The notes under the pieces were generated by a model that was not told the DNA's origin, did no database searches, and saw only the letters and a program-made list of their open reading frames with translations. DNA of 36,829 bases from Octopus bimaculoides (Eukaryota): the NCBI RefSeq assembly GCF_001194135.2, contig NC_068987.1, forward strand, positions 91,016,225-91,053,053, read 5' to 3'. Below, one piece after another: positions 24,142 through 36,829 of the stretch. Made by a program: the position numbers and the translations under genes. Numbering within the stretch: the first letter of the stretch is position 1; every line of letters starts with the position of its first letter.

Positions 24142-24301
24142 NNNNNNNNNNNNNNNNNNNNNNNNNNNNNNNNNNNNNNNNNNNNNNNNNNNNNNNNNNN
24201 NNNNNNNNNNNNNNNNTTAGACATCCGCCTTTGAAAACATTACAGAGCTGTCTCTGTATTTGTCGTATCCAAAGGTTTAAAGAGAGAGAGAGAGAGAGAG
24301 T

Positions 24302-24336
<35 letters not shown>

Positions 24337-24774
24337 AAAGAGAGAGAAGGAACAAAACAAAACAATTGTTTTTCAGTTTGAATGCTTAAGATAATTCCAT
24401 ATAATCTGATTGGAAGAACGTTCCAAATATTTCACAAATAAACACACGTAAACAAATACAGACAAACACACACACACACAAACACACAAACACACAAACA
24501 CACACGAACACAGACATAATACTAATACAGAGACACACACACATACACAAATAATAAAATGACAATACATATGATCGTTTAGAGTTATATATATAAACGC
24601 TTATATACAAATTAAGAGAAACAAAAATGTCTTTGGAAAGGAAAACAAAACTTCCCCCTGTCTGTCTGTCTATCTATCCATTTATCTATCTATTTGCCTA
24701 CCTACCTACCTACCTACCTACCTACCTACCTACCTATCTATCTATCTACCTATCTATCTATCTATCTATCTATA

Positions 24775-24814
<40 letters not shown>

Positions 24815-25368
24815 ATATATATATATAGTTTTGCAGACACAAAAACACACACACACACACACACTCTTTCTCTCCCACACACACACTTATATATATATAT
24901 GGTAGAGAGCTTATCTGTACGCGAGTATATATGCATGCATTCCTGCATACCTACATACATGCGTACAAACGTACATACGTACATACATTCATAGATACAT
25001 ACATACATACATACTTACTTAGGTATATATATATACACACACACACATATAATGAAATTAAGCCAAGTAATGAAATTTTTAATACATTCAATATAACTTG
25101 TTTTAACTTCATTTTATACTCTATTCGACTCTGTGTCCCATGCAAACTCGCCCACCCTGACTCCATTCACACGGATGCAATAACAAGAGTTTGGAGTGGT
25201 TTGTTCTGCTCGAATCGTGTCGAAAATTCTGGTAATGTGCATCGCTTCTAAGCATAACATGAATCCCACACCCGAACACACGATTAACGATGATCCATAA
25301 AAGATCGATGTATATCAAAGTGAATCCTGCCGCAGTTATTGGGAAGACAGAATGAAGGAAATGAGACA

Positions 25369-25606
25369 GGCGCAGGAATCGCTGCGTGGTAAGTAGCTTG
25401 CTTACCAATCACAAGGTTCTGAGTTCAGACCCACTGTGTGGCACCTTGGGCAAGTGTCTTCTACTATAGCCTTGGGCTGACCAAAGCTTTGTGAGTGGAT
25501 TTGGTAGACGGAAAACTGAAAAAGCCCCGTCGTATATATNNNNNNNNNNNNNNNNNNNNNNNNNNNNNNNNNNNNNNNNNNNNNNNNNNNNNNNNNNNNN
25601 NNNNNN

Positions 25607-25638
<32 letters not shown>

Positions 25639-25864
25639 TGTGTGTGTGTATATATGTTTGTGTGTCTGTACTTGTCGCTCCACATCGCTTGACAACCGAT
25701 GCTGGTGTGTTTACGTCCCCGTAACTCAGTGGTTCGACAAAAGAGACCGATAGAATAAGTACTAGGCTTACAAAGAATAAGTCCTGGGGGCGATTTGCTC
25801 GACTAAAGGCGGTGCTCCAGCATGGCCGCAGTCAAATAACTGAAACAAGTAAAAGAATAAAAGA
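25369..25864 (+). mobile_element. SINE family B (tRNA head + CORE-like domain), full length, gap in central microsatellite
   Basis: Head GGCGCAGGAATCGCTGCGTGGTAAG and B-box-like GAGTTCAGAC. GCACCTTGGGCAAGTGTCTT resembles the CORE-SINE motif GTGACCTTGGGCAAGTCACTT. Tail AAGTAAAAGAATAAAAGA. Confidence 0.85.
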
Positions 25865-26984
25865 AAACAATAAAAGTTAAGCAAACCAATATCAAAGTTT
25901 GAATGCATAAATGAAGGGGAGTTCAATGCTACTTGGTAATCTGCAATTCCAATAGTATCCAAAAATATCCTAAGATAAGTCGAACCTTAAGTATGACATT
26001 AAAAGACATAATAAAACCTGATGAATATGTTATCCAGTGCTGCTACAATTGTTTCACTAAAAGTCTTCATTGTGGCGTAAACATGTTGCCGTCAGGTATG
26101 CTGTATGCAAAACATTAATTCGATTATGTAATACTTTATGTTACTCTCAACTCATGAGGATTACTAAATAAATAAGTGAGCGATGACATGTCGATTAATC
26201 AACAAAACATCAACAGGTGGAAAGAAATGTCAAGTGGCGGGGAGCGGGTGCTACGAACTGTCAGCCACGAGGATAGAATGCGGTTGTAAATTGAAGACTA
26301 GCTAAAAGGTATTTCTATTATAAAAATGTCATCAAACTTAGCCACCTTGCTCATAAAGGCTGGTACTGGCAAAACACGATTCTGTACCAGCAGACAGCAG
26401 GTGCCAAGCGTGACATTTGAACTACCAAAATATATTTTAAGACAAATGCCGACATTGTTCTAAAAATCCATTTACCGTGTTATATTGTTCAGTACTTGAA
26501 GGAGTGACAAGCTAAATAAATTTCAGCATTATTTATTCAATTACTTAATTCATCTTGATTAAAGTGCTCCGATTAATTATTGCAGAACTAATTGAGTAGT
26601 AGCTTTAATTATGGGTGATCCAGTAAATTATAATTCTTTTCTTTCCTCTTCTTCTTTCCTCCCTTCTGTCTCCTCTGAAATTTCGCAGTGACCTTCGCTA
26701 TTCTCTGCGTTTTCCAGTATATTATTTTTCACTGAACTCTTTGTTGAGTAACAAGTATTTTCTGTTTCAATTAGCAAGAGGACTGCAGGAAAAAAAATGC
26801 AGCGGAAAATATGCTGAAACAACACTTATCATAAAAACACATGCACACAAAACCCTCCATCGTAAAAATCGCATCCAGGAAGTGCAAAACGGTTTTGATT
26901 TACACAGAAACAAAATAAAAGTAAAAAAATATAAAATACGTGAAAAAAAAATCTAATTAACCGTGAACATATATTAAATGAAAT

Positions 26985-27230
26985 GATTCGCAAGGTCGTG
27001 GTTTCGATTCCCGGACCGAGCGGTGCATCGTGTTCTTGAGAGCAAAACACTTAATTTTACGTTGCTCCAGTCCACTCGGCTGTAAAGGAATCACCCCGTG
27101 ACAGACCAGTGTCTTGTTCAGAGGGCATGTTATGATCTCGGTGGCCATGGAAATCGGGTAACCGGCCAAATGAGTTTTAGAACTCTCCATTACTCAGAAG
27201 TCACTCAGTCAGCATTAAAATACCATTATG
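26985..27230 (+). mobile_element. SINE family C, 5'-clipped
   Basis: GTGGTTTCGATTCCCGGACCG...GCAAAACACTTAATTTTACGTTGCTCCAGTCCACTC matches the reverse complements at 3320-3400 and 3670-3750. Confidence 0.75.
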
Positions 27231-27253
27231 TAATTTTAAAGCGGACAGTCAAG

Positions 27254-27291
<38 letters not shown>

Positions 27292-28229
27292 GTATACACC
27301 CGTCATAAAGCTCTACACACCCTGATATCTGGGTGACCATCGGTATCAACTTATTTCTTCCACGTTTTCTCTCGATGCCAAGTCTAATATTGTGGAACCT
27401 CATTGTACAAAGAAATCATCTCAAAGCCAAAACCACAATAATGCAGTCTGCCTACTGTTTTAAACTCAGTAAATTCCTGCCAAGTATTTTCTATTGTTAA
27501 ACATATATATTATCTATTCTGCGAATGAACAAGATGGACTTTTGTAGGATTCCTTTCATAGATGGAAATATTAAAAGAAGCCTTATTACTGATTATATGA
27601 CTTTCTATTTTATAACATATCACTTTGTCAGTTTTATGCATTTCCTGTTATGCAAACATGGCTAAGTCAGAATTTTCATTAAAATACTTCAAAACATACT
27701 TAACGGAAAGTATAACATTTGCAGAATTCAAACTTAATGTGGTGTTTCCACTTAATCTTAACTTTCTGAGCATTCATTATTGTAAATCCATTCCACTCGA
27801 GGTTTTCTACTTTAATACAAAGGACAGCCATAAAACCTGTCAAACTGTCTCGAATTGCTTTTGTATAACATTTTTGCATATTTTCTGTGCAAAGTGGGTT
27901 TTTGTTCATTTGACCATATGAATAACGAATCACGTGTTTTAATATTAAAATAGGTCTGGATTAATTTCGGGATCTGAGAAATGAATATTAATTTAGCGAT
28001 CAATGAAATTGTTATGAATTCTTGAAGGTCCACAAATCTGTATGTTAGCTGGAGTCATCTATTTTAACCCCTGTATGTTATGCCTTTGGCGATGGCTTCC
28101 TCTAACTTTTCCAACTTTCCAATTTCTAACGGAAGAAAAAAGGAAAAAAGAAAAAAAGCCCCCACAAAACTCGCTGTGACATTTGTGTTGAGGTTTCTAC
28201 CATAGCAGCAATTACTTCATAATCTTTTT

Positions 28230-28491
28230 CCTGTGGATGTTGCAGGTGAGTACCAATAATTCTCGAAGCCCTGGGAACAGTGAGCAAAAATCTCGAGAAG
28301 TACGTGGAACAAATAGGGGCTGCAATAAGGATGGAGCACTTGCAGAAAACAGCACTGCTTGGAACCGCCCGAATACTCCGGAAAGTGCTCGAAAAATTAG
28401 ATGTGTTATCTTAGTTTACTGGTAGTGAACAGCTGGCACTGTAGTACATCTCCAGCGATAGAGGCTGTGCAAAGGCAATAATAATAATAAT
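28230..28491 (+). mobile_element. R4/Dong-clade non-LTR retrotransposon 3' end (RLE C-terminus, 3' UTR, (AAT)n tail)
   Basis: 28250-28414 translates VPIILEALGTVSKNLEKYVEQIGAAIRMEHLQKTALLGTARILRKVLEKLDVLS*, the R4-type P...GALG / LQK.ALLGTARILRKVL pattern. Followed by an (AAT)n tail. Confidence 0.85.
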
Positions 28492-28724
28492 TTCAAATTT
28501 TGGCACAAGGCCAGCTAGTCCGGGGTAGGTGAGGTGAGTCGACTACATCTATAGTAATAGTTACAAATTTTGGCCCCATTATTTAACTGGTACTTATCTT
28601 ATCGACCCCGAAAGGATGAAAGGCAAAGTCGACTTCGGCGGAATTTGAACTCAGAACGTAAAGACAGACGAAATACCGCTAAGCATTTCGCTCGGCGTGC
28701 TAACGATTCAGCCAGCTCGCTGCC
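28491..28724 (-). mobile_element. SINE family A, full length, tail-to-tail with the R4 fragment
   Basis: Consensus head and core. Its (ATT)n tail is the same tract as the R4 fragment's (AAT)n tail. Confidence 0.88.
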
Positions 28725-29134
28725 CTGGAATATGATTGGTTAAAATACTAAGAAAAGAAAACGGTTAGGTTGAAAGGATACAAAAGGTTTGTAAGGTGGG
28801 AAGCGGTTAGAATTAGATAATGCCGGAAAGCGGATTTACTGTCGTTAAGAGGAAATAAATACAGAATAAAACAAAATGTTGTTGGTGTTGGTGTTGTTGT
28901 CCGAGATCAACTTGTAAACAAGAAGTGTAAAAGGTGCTTAAAAGAGGTTAAGTTTAGCGTTGAAGGGAAGTCTTGGCTTTCATCGGTCTCTCCTTCGTTT
29001 CTATTGTCACTCCTTCATTGTCACTCTATCTGTTTATCGATCTATTCATTCAACCATTCACTATAATATCGATATATCGAACAGCACAGCCTTCAGATTC
29101 GTTTGTTTGTTTGTTTACTTTTGTGCGCGCGGAC

Positions 29135-29805
29135 ATGTATGTGTGTATGTGTTTATGTATGTATGTATGTATGTGTGTATGTATGTATGGTGTGTTTGTA
29201 TGTATGTATGTATGTATGTGTGTATGTATGTATGTAATAATCAGTGTGTGTATGTATGTATGTGTGTATGTATGTATGTATGTATGCATGTGTGTATGTG
29301 TGCATGTATGTGCGTGTATGTATGTATGCACGTATGGTGTGTTTGTATGTATGTATGTGTGTATGTATGTATGTATGTATGTGTGTATGTGTGTACGTAT
29401 GTGTGCATATGTGTATGTATGTGTTTATGTATGTGTGTATGTATGTATGTATGTATGTATGTGTATATGTATGTATGCATGCATGCATGTATCTATGTAT
29501 GTGTGTGTTTATGTATGTGTGTATGTATGTATGTGTGTGTGTGTTTATGTATGTGTGTATGTATGTGTGTGTGTATGTATGTATGTGTGTATGTATGTGT
29601 GTGTGTATGTATGTATGTAAGTACGTGCTTGTATGAATGTGTGTGTATGTATATATTTATGAATGAATATATATATATTTGTGTGTGTGTGTGAGTGTAT
29701 ACATACACACGCACATTTATATGTATATATTGTGGTCATTGAGACCTATAAAAATACATACACATACAAGATGCATATATCTATCCAATTATATATCTAC
29801 CTACA

Positions 29806-29860
<55 letters not shown>
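29135..29860. repeat. Complex (TGTA)/(TG)/(CA) low-complexity array
   Basis: Directly visible. It produces the spurious C/V/Y/M and H/T/Y ORFs. Confidence 0.95.
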
Positions 29861-30379
29861 TATTGGTTTGAGTATTTTTAGTCACGATTCTAATGAAAGA
29901 AACCCCTGCAATCCTGTTTCGTACAACGCGACCTGCCATCAGATTTAGCGATCGATAGAACTTTGCTTTACGAATTGGTTCAGTTTCAGCTCTTTCCATG
30001 CCAGCCTGGTTGAAAGATCATTACAGAGCATGCACTGGAATCTTAATCACTATAACATAGTTATATATTCATGGCAGAAAATGTAATCCACGGATCGTGA
30101 TATATTGCGTATGTACATTATATATACATTGACCGCTAACTCATTTTGGTCCTGAATCGATTTTCTCCCCCCTCCCACTTTCCCAACGCTACCACCTCTA
30201 ATCCTTTAATCTTTGTCTTTTTTCATTTTTATTTTGTGGCGGTGATTTGAAACTGAATCACTAGGTAGCCGAGCAGACATCACGTTAAAATCACAGTAGT
30301 TACACGTGATCGGTCTATTGAGCAACCAATCGCCATAACGCCATCCTGTGATTCAATTTTCTAGAACTTTCTCATTGTG

Positions 30380-30885
30380 CCCTATATTAAGGCAGTTTTT
30401 GGCAGTAGTCGCCGAATGTCGAGGCAGCCGCACGTTGTATCTCGCCGATTAAGACAGCTAGTAGACAGAAATTTTCGCCGCCACGGATATAGCGCAATTA
30501 TTTGCCGATAGTGATGAGCCACGTGTGTTTGTTTAAGGTGGACCTCATCACACCAGGTGGCAACCCACACACTTGACCTCATGATCTTCCTCTGTGGCAC
30601 AAATGGAATGAGACATGCAAGAACCCGCCGACTGTCGCGTAATAGTTTTGAGTGGCTGTTTGTGTAGTATGTCCGTCATGCATCGCCCTCTTCAGCCGAT
30701 GGTTCAGGCGTTCAGATCTGTTGTAGCTTTCACCCGCTTGTTCCACCGCTGGGGGTCTTTGGAGGTTGGACGCACTAAGTCTGGGTTCTCGTCCTCGACC
30801 TTGCTACAAAGGGTGGCCCTGCCAGAAATTTAGAACTCCTGATGGTATCGATCTTAGAGTCATTTGTCCGTGCAAGCTCTCCTTG
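30380..30885 (-). mobile_element. Probable RTE-clade LINE 5' region
   Basis: GC-richer island. Minus GGAGAGCTTGCACGGACAAATGACTCTAAGATCGATACC..CTGGCAGGGCCACC..CCAGACTTAG resembles, from memory, the conserved 5' UTR of RTE/Rex3-like elements. No intact ORF. Confidence 0.45.
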
Positions 30886-30959
30886 AGTATACACATGAGT
30901 GTGTGTGTATATATGTCTGTATAATATATAAACTATAAATATATATGTATATATATGCA

Positions 30960-31030
<71 letters not shown>

Positions 31031-31134
31031 TATTCATTTTCAGTATTTGAGGATTTAATCAAAATCCTTTGTCACGTGGGGCAATTATTTTGTTTGTGCT
31101 TTTGTTATTGTTGTTATTGCTGTTGTTAAATCAG

Positions 31135-31241
31135 ATATACGGAAATAGTTTGGTGCTACTAAATTTCGGCGAGGACGGCCAAAAAAGCAATCGAGCGTCG
31201 AGAGAAGTGATTTCACAATGGCAATGGCGAAAGTATCCAGA
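31135..31241 (+). other. Candidate 107-nt coding exon, unassigned gene
   Basis: T-rich tract + TCAG| ... CCAGA|GTGAGT. Only one frame is open: IYGNSLVLLNFGEDGQKSNRASREVISQWQWRKYP(D/E). Unique sequence between microsatellite blocks. Confidence 0.4.
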
Positions 31242-31394
31242 GTGAGTCTTAACTGTCTTCGTTCTGCCTCGTCCTCTGACAGAACTTGCCAAGATCTTGA
31301 CATTTTTACAAGAGCTATTTAGAAATCTTGTCCAGAAAGTAATAAAACTCACGGGCCCGGCAAATGAAAATTTTAATGGACTAGAATAAATTGG

Positions 31395-31830
31395 GAAGAA
31401 GAAGAAGAAGAAGAAGAGGGGGAGGAAGAAGAAGAGGAAATAGAAGAAGAAGAAGAAGAAGAAGAAGAAGAAGATGAAAATGATAAAGAAGAAAAGAAAG
31501 GAGGCGATGATAAAAGAGTAACGAGGAGGAGAAGGAGTTGGAGAAGAAAAAGAAGGGAAAGAAAAAGAAGCAGAAGCAGAAAAGGAAGGAGAAAAAGAAG
31601 AAGAGGAAGAAGAAAAAGGAAGGAGAGGAAGCACAGAAGGAAAGAATAAGAAAAGAAGAAGAAAAAAAAAAGAAAGGAAAGAAGAAGACGACATGGAAGA
31701 AAATGAGAAGACGATAAAAGGAAGAGGATGAAATGATGTGAATGGTCGTTGATGTTGATGATGATGATGATAATGATGGCGATAATGGAGGTGGTGTGAG
31801 TTAGTGAGATTGATGGTTTAGGTGGTATGC

Positions 31831-31869
<39 letters not shown>

Positions 31870-32777
31870 TTGATGATGATGATTTGTTGATAGAGGTAAT
31901 GGCGGTGTCGAAGGTCTGCAACTGTTCTTAATGGGGTTGTTCTTGGTGGTGATGATAATGATGATGATGGGGATGATTATAATGATTATGATGATGATGA
32001 TGTTAACGATAACAACGACAGCGATGATGATGATGATGCTGTTGTTGTTAGTGGTGGTGGTGGCGATGGTGATGGAAATAATGATGATTATGATGATGAT
32101 AATAACAACGATATCATCCTTTTACTTGTTTCAGTCGTTTGGTTGTGGCCATGCTGGGGCAGCACCTAGAAGAGTCTTGTTCGACCAGATCGAACGCAGA
32201 AATCGTTTTAGTTCTGGTACTTTTTCTATTGGACTCCTTTTGACNNNNNNNNNNNNNNNNNNNNNNNNNNNNNNNNNNNNNNNNNNNNNNNNNNNNNNNN
32301 NNNNNNNNNNNNNNNNNNNNNNNNNNNNNNNNNNNNNNNNNNNNNNNNNNNNNNNNNNNNNNNNNNNNNNNNNNNNNNNNNNNNNNNNNNNNNNNNNNNN
32401 NNNNNNNNNNNNNNNNNNNNNNNNNNNNNNNNNNNNNNNNNNNNNNNNNNNNNNNNNNNNNNNNNNNNNNNNNNNNNNNNNNNNNNNNNNNNNNNNNNNN
32501 NNNNNNNNNNNNNNNNNNNNNNNNNNNNNNNNNNNNNNNNNNNNNNNNNNNNNNNNNNNNNNNNNNNNNNNNNNNNNNNNNNNNNNNNNNNNNNNNNNNN
32601 NNNNNNNNNNNNNNNNNNNNNNNNNNNNNNNNNNNNNNNNNNNNNNNNNNNNNNNNNNNNNNNNNNNNNNNNNNNNNNNNNNNNNNNNNNNNNNNNNNNN
32701 NNNTTTGTCCGGCGCGCCAGTGATTCTGTCAAGCAACAACAACAACAACTGCTTCTGCTGCTGCTGCTGCTGCCGCC

Positions 32778-32834
<57 letters not shown>

Positions 32835-33245
32835 AGCTGTGTTCAAGAAGAGTGAAGAGGAGAAAATTGGTAAGATTAGAAAATAGAACGGAATGAAAAT
32901 AGATGAGGTTTGGTGGAGACTAAGAGGAGGATGGCTGATGGAAGAGGGTGGGAAGAGGAAGAGCGGGAAGAGGAAGAGTGGGAAGAGAAGATAGATTGAT
33001 AGCTAGATAGAGAGGGAAAAGGAGTGAGAGAGAGAGAGAGGGAGGGAGGAAGAGAGGAAGAAAGAGAAAGGGAGAGAGAGAGAGGGAGAAGGAGAAGAAA
33101 ATAGAAGATTCAGGCGTATGTAATAGGATGAAGCTGGAGTCGATGATGAGGCTGATGAGGAAGAGATAGAGGAAGAAAGAAATACATGATGATGATGATG
33201 ATGATGATGATGATAATGATGATGATGATGATGATGATGATGATA

Positions 33246-33289
<44 letters not shown>

Positions 33290-33400
33290 TACATGTAAAG
33301 TAGAAAGAAAGAAAAAGGAAAAAGAAGGAAAGTAATAAAAGGTGAAGGAAAAAAGATGAAAAAGAAGATAACAAGAAGAAGAAGAAGAGTGAATGCCACC
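31395..33400. repeat. Purine-rich (GAA)n and (GAT)n low-complexity blocks
   Basis: Directly visible, interrupted by a SINE and a gap. Confidence 0.9.
32118..32244 (-). mobile_element. SINE family B 3' end running into gap
   Basis: TTTTACTTGTTTCAGTC..GTGGCCATGCTGGGGCAGCACC matches the other family B copies. Confidence 0.75.
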
Positions 33401-33750
33401 AATGTAAGGGCAAGGAGTATGGTTGATAGAGTCTGGTACTTTTATGGTGTTAAGTGAACGAAGGAGAGTGTGTGGTTACGATCTGCTAGAAATAGAAGTA
33501 AAACACCTCCCCTCAAATGACTCCAAACGTAACCGTCTTAAAACAAAGAGGACCAGGCTGGATAATATGAACCAAAATAGGTGTTATTGGAGAAAAACAA
33601 CGGGATTGTCATGTCCAGAACGCCGTTGATCATTGCTTCTTACGATCAGGCCTAACGTAGTGCTTAAAAAAGAAGAAGAGGAACAACAACAACAGCAACA
33701 ACAACAACGGTTGACATAGAGTTAAAGAACCATTATCAACTTTATCAGCA

Positions 33751-34085
33751 ATAATAATAATGACCCTTTCTACAAAAGGCATCAGGCCTGAAATGTTGGG
33801 GGAGGGGATTAAGTCGATTACATCGACCCCAGTGCTTGACTGGTACATAATTTATCGACCCCGAAAGGATGAAAAGCAAAGTCGACCTCGGCGGAATTTG
33901 AACTCAGAACGTTGCGACAGGCGAAATACTTATTTCTTTATTGCCCACAAGGGGCTAAACATAGAGGGGACAAACAAGGACAGACAAAGGGATTAAGTCG
34001 ATTACATCGACCCAGTGCGTAACTGGTACTTGATTTATCGACCCCGAAAGGATGAAAGGCAAAGTCGATCTGGGCAGAATTTGAG
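33751..34085 (-). mobile_element. SINE family A nested dimer
   Basis: A young copy (33931-34085) with tail GGGCAATAAAGAAATA is joined directly to AGTATTTCG within the head of a second copy (33751-33930), which has an (ATT)n tail. Confidence 0.85.
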
Positions 34086-34090
34086 CGAAT

Positions 34091-34638
34091 GCAGTACCAG
34101 GCAGCGGCTGCCATGGCTTCTGATCTTAACTGATTGGAAGTGTTATCATGTACATTGTTTTGTCTTGGTATAAAAGATGGGCTACAACAAATATTCTGCT
34201 CAATACCACAGATTTGCTTGTCAGTTGTTTGACCTAAACCAGTTGAACATTTCCTTTAGTGGCTGACGATATGTGCATCTCTTATCATGAGCAGAAGTAA
34301 TGAGGGAGTATCATAGCCATGTGTTGAGAGGAATTATTTGGGGTTTGAATAATTCACCTTTGGAAACATGGGTGTTTTGCTCAACCTTAAACAAACCTTA
34401 TTCAGGGACCTTTTGAGCAGATGGGGCTACTCGACCTGAAGAATATTCTAACTGAGCCCCACCTGCGAGGTAATACCCTGTTTATCTTGATATAAGATCA
34501 CCATGTCGCGCACATGTGGTTGTGATGCATGTGCCTGGTGTATCCTTATCAGATTGGTAGTCATGATGGGTATACTGGGCTTTGTATATTTGTACCCCAG
34601 GGTCACTTTGATGGCATCCACTGCTCTCTCACTCAATA

Positions 34639-34692
<54 letters not shown>
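34091..34692 (+). mobile_element. 5'-truncated (AAT)n-tailed interspersed repeat, probable LINE 3' UTR
   Basis: Non-coding block ending CACTGCTCTCTCACTC-(AAT)n that truncates the neighbouring SINE. Recalled as a recurrent octopus repeat, not verified. Confidence 0.5.
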
Positions 34693-34696
<4 letters not shown>

Positions 34697-34699
34697 TAA

Positions 34700-34850
34700 A
34701 GAGTTCTGATTTCGGCATAAGAGCAGCAATTTCGAGGGCAAAGGGGTCAGTCGATATCACATACCCCAGTACTTGTCTGGTACTTTATTTAATCGACCCC
34801 GAAAAAAATGAAAGGCAAGGTTGACTTCAGTTGGACTTGAAACACTGAAA
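34700..34850 (-). mobile_element. SINE family A, degenerate
   Basis: AATCGACCCCGAAAAAAATGAAAGGCAAGGTTGACTTC core remnant. Confidence 0.7.
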
Positions 34851-35119
34851 ATAAAGAAAATAACGGAATACTGCAGGACTTCTTGTATTGCTGTTTGGAT
34901 TGTGTGGGAAAAATATGGAGAATATGGAAGAGGAAGAAGAGAAGAAGAAGGAGAAAGAGAAGAAGGAGTAAGTGAGGGAAGAGGGTATATGGATTAGGAA
35001 GAGAGGGGTAAGAGGAGGGGAAAATGAAAATTAATTAGAAAAAGGGGAAGTAATGAAGAGGTGGAAAAAAATGAACGATGTTAAAGAAGAAATATAAATA
35101 AATGAGAGGGAGGAGAGAC

Positions 35120-35162
<43 letters not shown>

Positions 35163-36307
35163 ATAGAGAGAAAGATAGATAGATAGATAGAGAGAGAGCG
35201 CGCTGATGTTGATGATGATGATAACGACGATGAGGATGATGGTGATAATGGCTAAGATGGTAGAAGACGAAGTTGATTAATAATAAAATGAATTTTCTTC
35301 CACCGTTTCTTCTTCTTCTTCTTCTTCTTCTTCTTCTTCTTCTTCTTCTCCTCCCCACCTCTTACACCCTCCCGCCACCCATTCTGATACATATCCCAAT
35401 GTGTTAGACAACCGTAAAATAAAGCCAGTTCCCAAGGTAGCGTCAATCAGTCGAACGTTGCATTCGAAAGATTTTTGTTTTTACTAACTTCGCCATTTTG
35501 TTTCCTTCCTTCCCNNNNNNNNNNNNNNNNNNNNNNNNNNNNNNNNNNNNNNNNNNNNNNNNNNNNNNNNNNNNNNNNNNNNNNNNNNNNNNNNNNNNNN
35601 NNNNNNNNNNNNNNNNNNNNNNNNNNNNNNNNNNNNNNNNNNNNNNNNNNNNNNNNNNNNNNNNNNNNCATCCATCCATCCATCCATCCATCCATCCATT
35701 CTTCCCTCCCTCTCGCTCTCTCCCTTCTTTCTTTACCAAACCCAAATACAAACCCCTTCTTAAACTTGAGTTTCTCGCTGCCGATTGCCGGATTCGATCC
35801 GCGATTACATTATTCTTTCTTTCTTTCTTTCATTCTTTTCCTAACGTCTTCCCCTCTTCCTTCTTCCTTTTCTCCTCCGCTTCGCATTCATCATTCATAT
35901 CCACCATTTATATGCATATACGAAGACACACACACATATATGCATACACACATACACTGACCTTGTATAACCCTATGTATGTCTGTGTATGTCTAAGTGT
36001 GTGTGTTTAATGCGTATACATGTGTAGATATCTCTCCATGGAATTGTGCGTCTGTATCTGTTTCTACGTGCGTGTATGTATGTAAGTGTCCGCGTGTGTA
36101 TGCATGTATATGTAGGCATGTATGCGTGTGTGGGTGTTTGTGCGAGTGAATGTGTGTGTGTTTGTGCGTGTTTAATGCATGTGCGTTTATACCTGTTTTT
36201 ATGTCCGTATGCACGTATGCATGCATGTATGTATCTTTGTATGTGTCCACTTTATGTATGTATATATGTGTACCTGTATGTATGTATGTATATATAGGTG
36301 TGTGTGT

Positions 36308-36348
<41 letters not shown>

Positions 36349-36778
36349 TTTCTGTACTCGTTGCTGTGTGTAAATCAATTTTCCTCTCTGTTATTATCTC
36401 TTTTGTATTTTCAGTGTTGGTCTTTTCGTTATTGATGTTCTTGTTATTGTTGCCGTTCTTTTCACAGATGTTATTGTAGTAGTAGTAGTAGTAGTAGTAG
36501 CAGTAGCAGTACTACTAGTAGTAGTAGTAGTTACCGTTGTTGTTGTTGTTAATGTTGCAGTTGTTATTGTTAGTGTTGTTGACCGTCTTGTTTTGTTTTC
36601 TGGCTATGAATAATCGAAGTTATTTCGGGAGATAATCTCCGTGCTTGGATGTTGTAATGGTTGTTATTACCGCTAGATGGCGTTAGTTTATACATCGCTC
36701 TAGCTGGTGGCCATAAATTTGGTATTGCACTGTTCATCACTTTACGTTCTGTAAGCTTCTTGTCCTCTCACCCACCCC

Positions 36779-36829
36779 ACTCTTCTCCCCCACCCTACTC
36801 TTCTCCCCCACCCTACTCTTCTCCCCACC
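36779..36829. repeat. 18-bp minisatellite ACTCTTCTCCCCCACCCT, about 2.8 copies to window end
   Basis: Units start at 36779, 36797 and 36815. Confidence 0.9.

Noticed and set aside
31085-31303. Minus-strand 72-aa ORF MSRSWQVLSEDEAERRQLRL...
   Set aside because: No homology recognised and no splice support. It is the antisense shadow of the better-supported plus-strand exon candidate.

Overview
Repeat-saturated, AT-rich eukaryotic draft-assembly DNA with 13 N-gaps (about 4.4 kb). The SINE, LINE and microsatellite content looks like an octopod genome, probably Octopus (inferred from remembered repeat motifs, no search run). No complete host gene is supported. Most ORF-track entries are microsatellite or N artefacts, though a few short plus-strand exon candidates exist. 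Recognisable mobile DNA: a Penelope-like element 3' end with a GIY-YIG C-terminal remnant, a mariner 3' end with TIR, R4/Dong-type LINE remnants, a probable RTE 5' region and three tRNA-derived SINE families (about 20 copies). The strongest unexplained signal is five hammerhead-ribozyme (HHR) motifs from three unrelated repeat families. One family is a ~360-nt unit present in two circularly permuted forms (retrozyme- or pseudo-LTR-like). All five HHRs carry core substitutions, so activity is unproven. Family A SINEs also show repeated insertion into one 15-bp target site and stacking inside their own heads.
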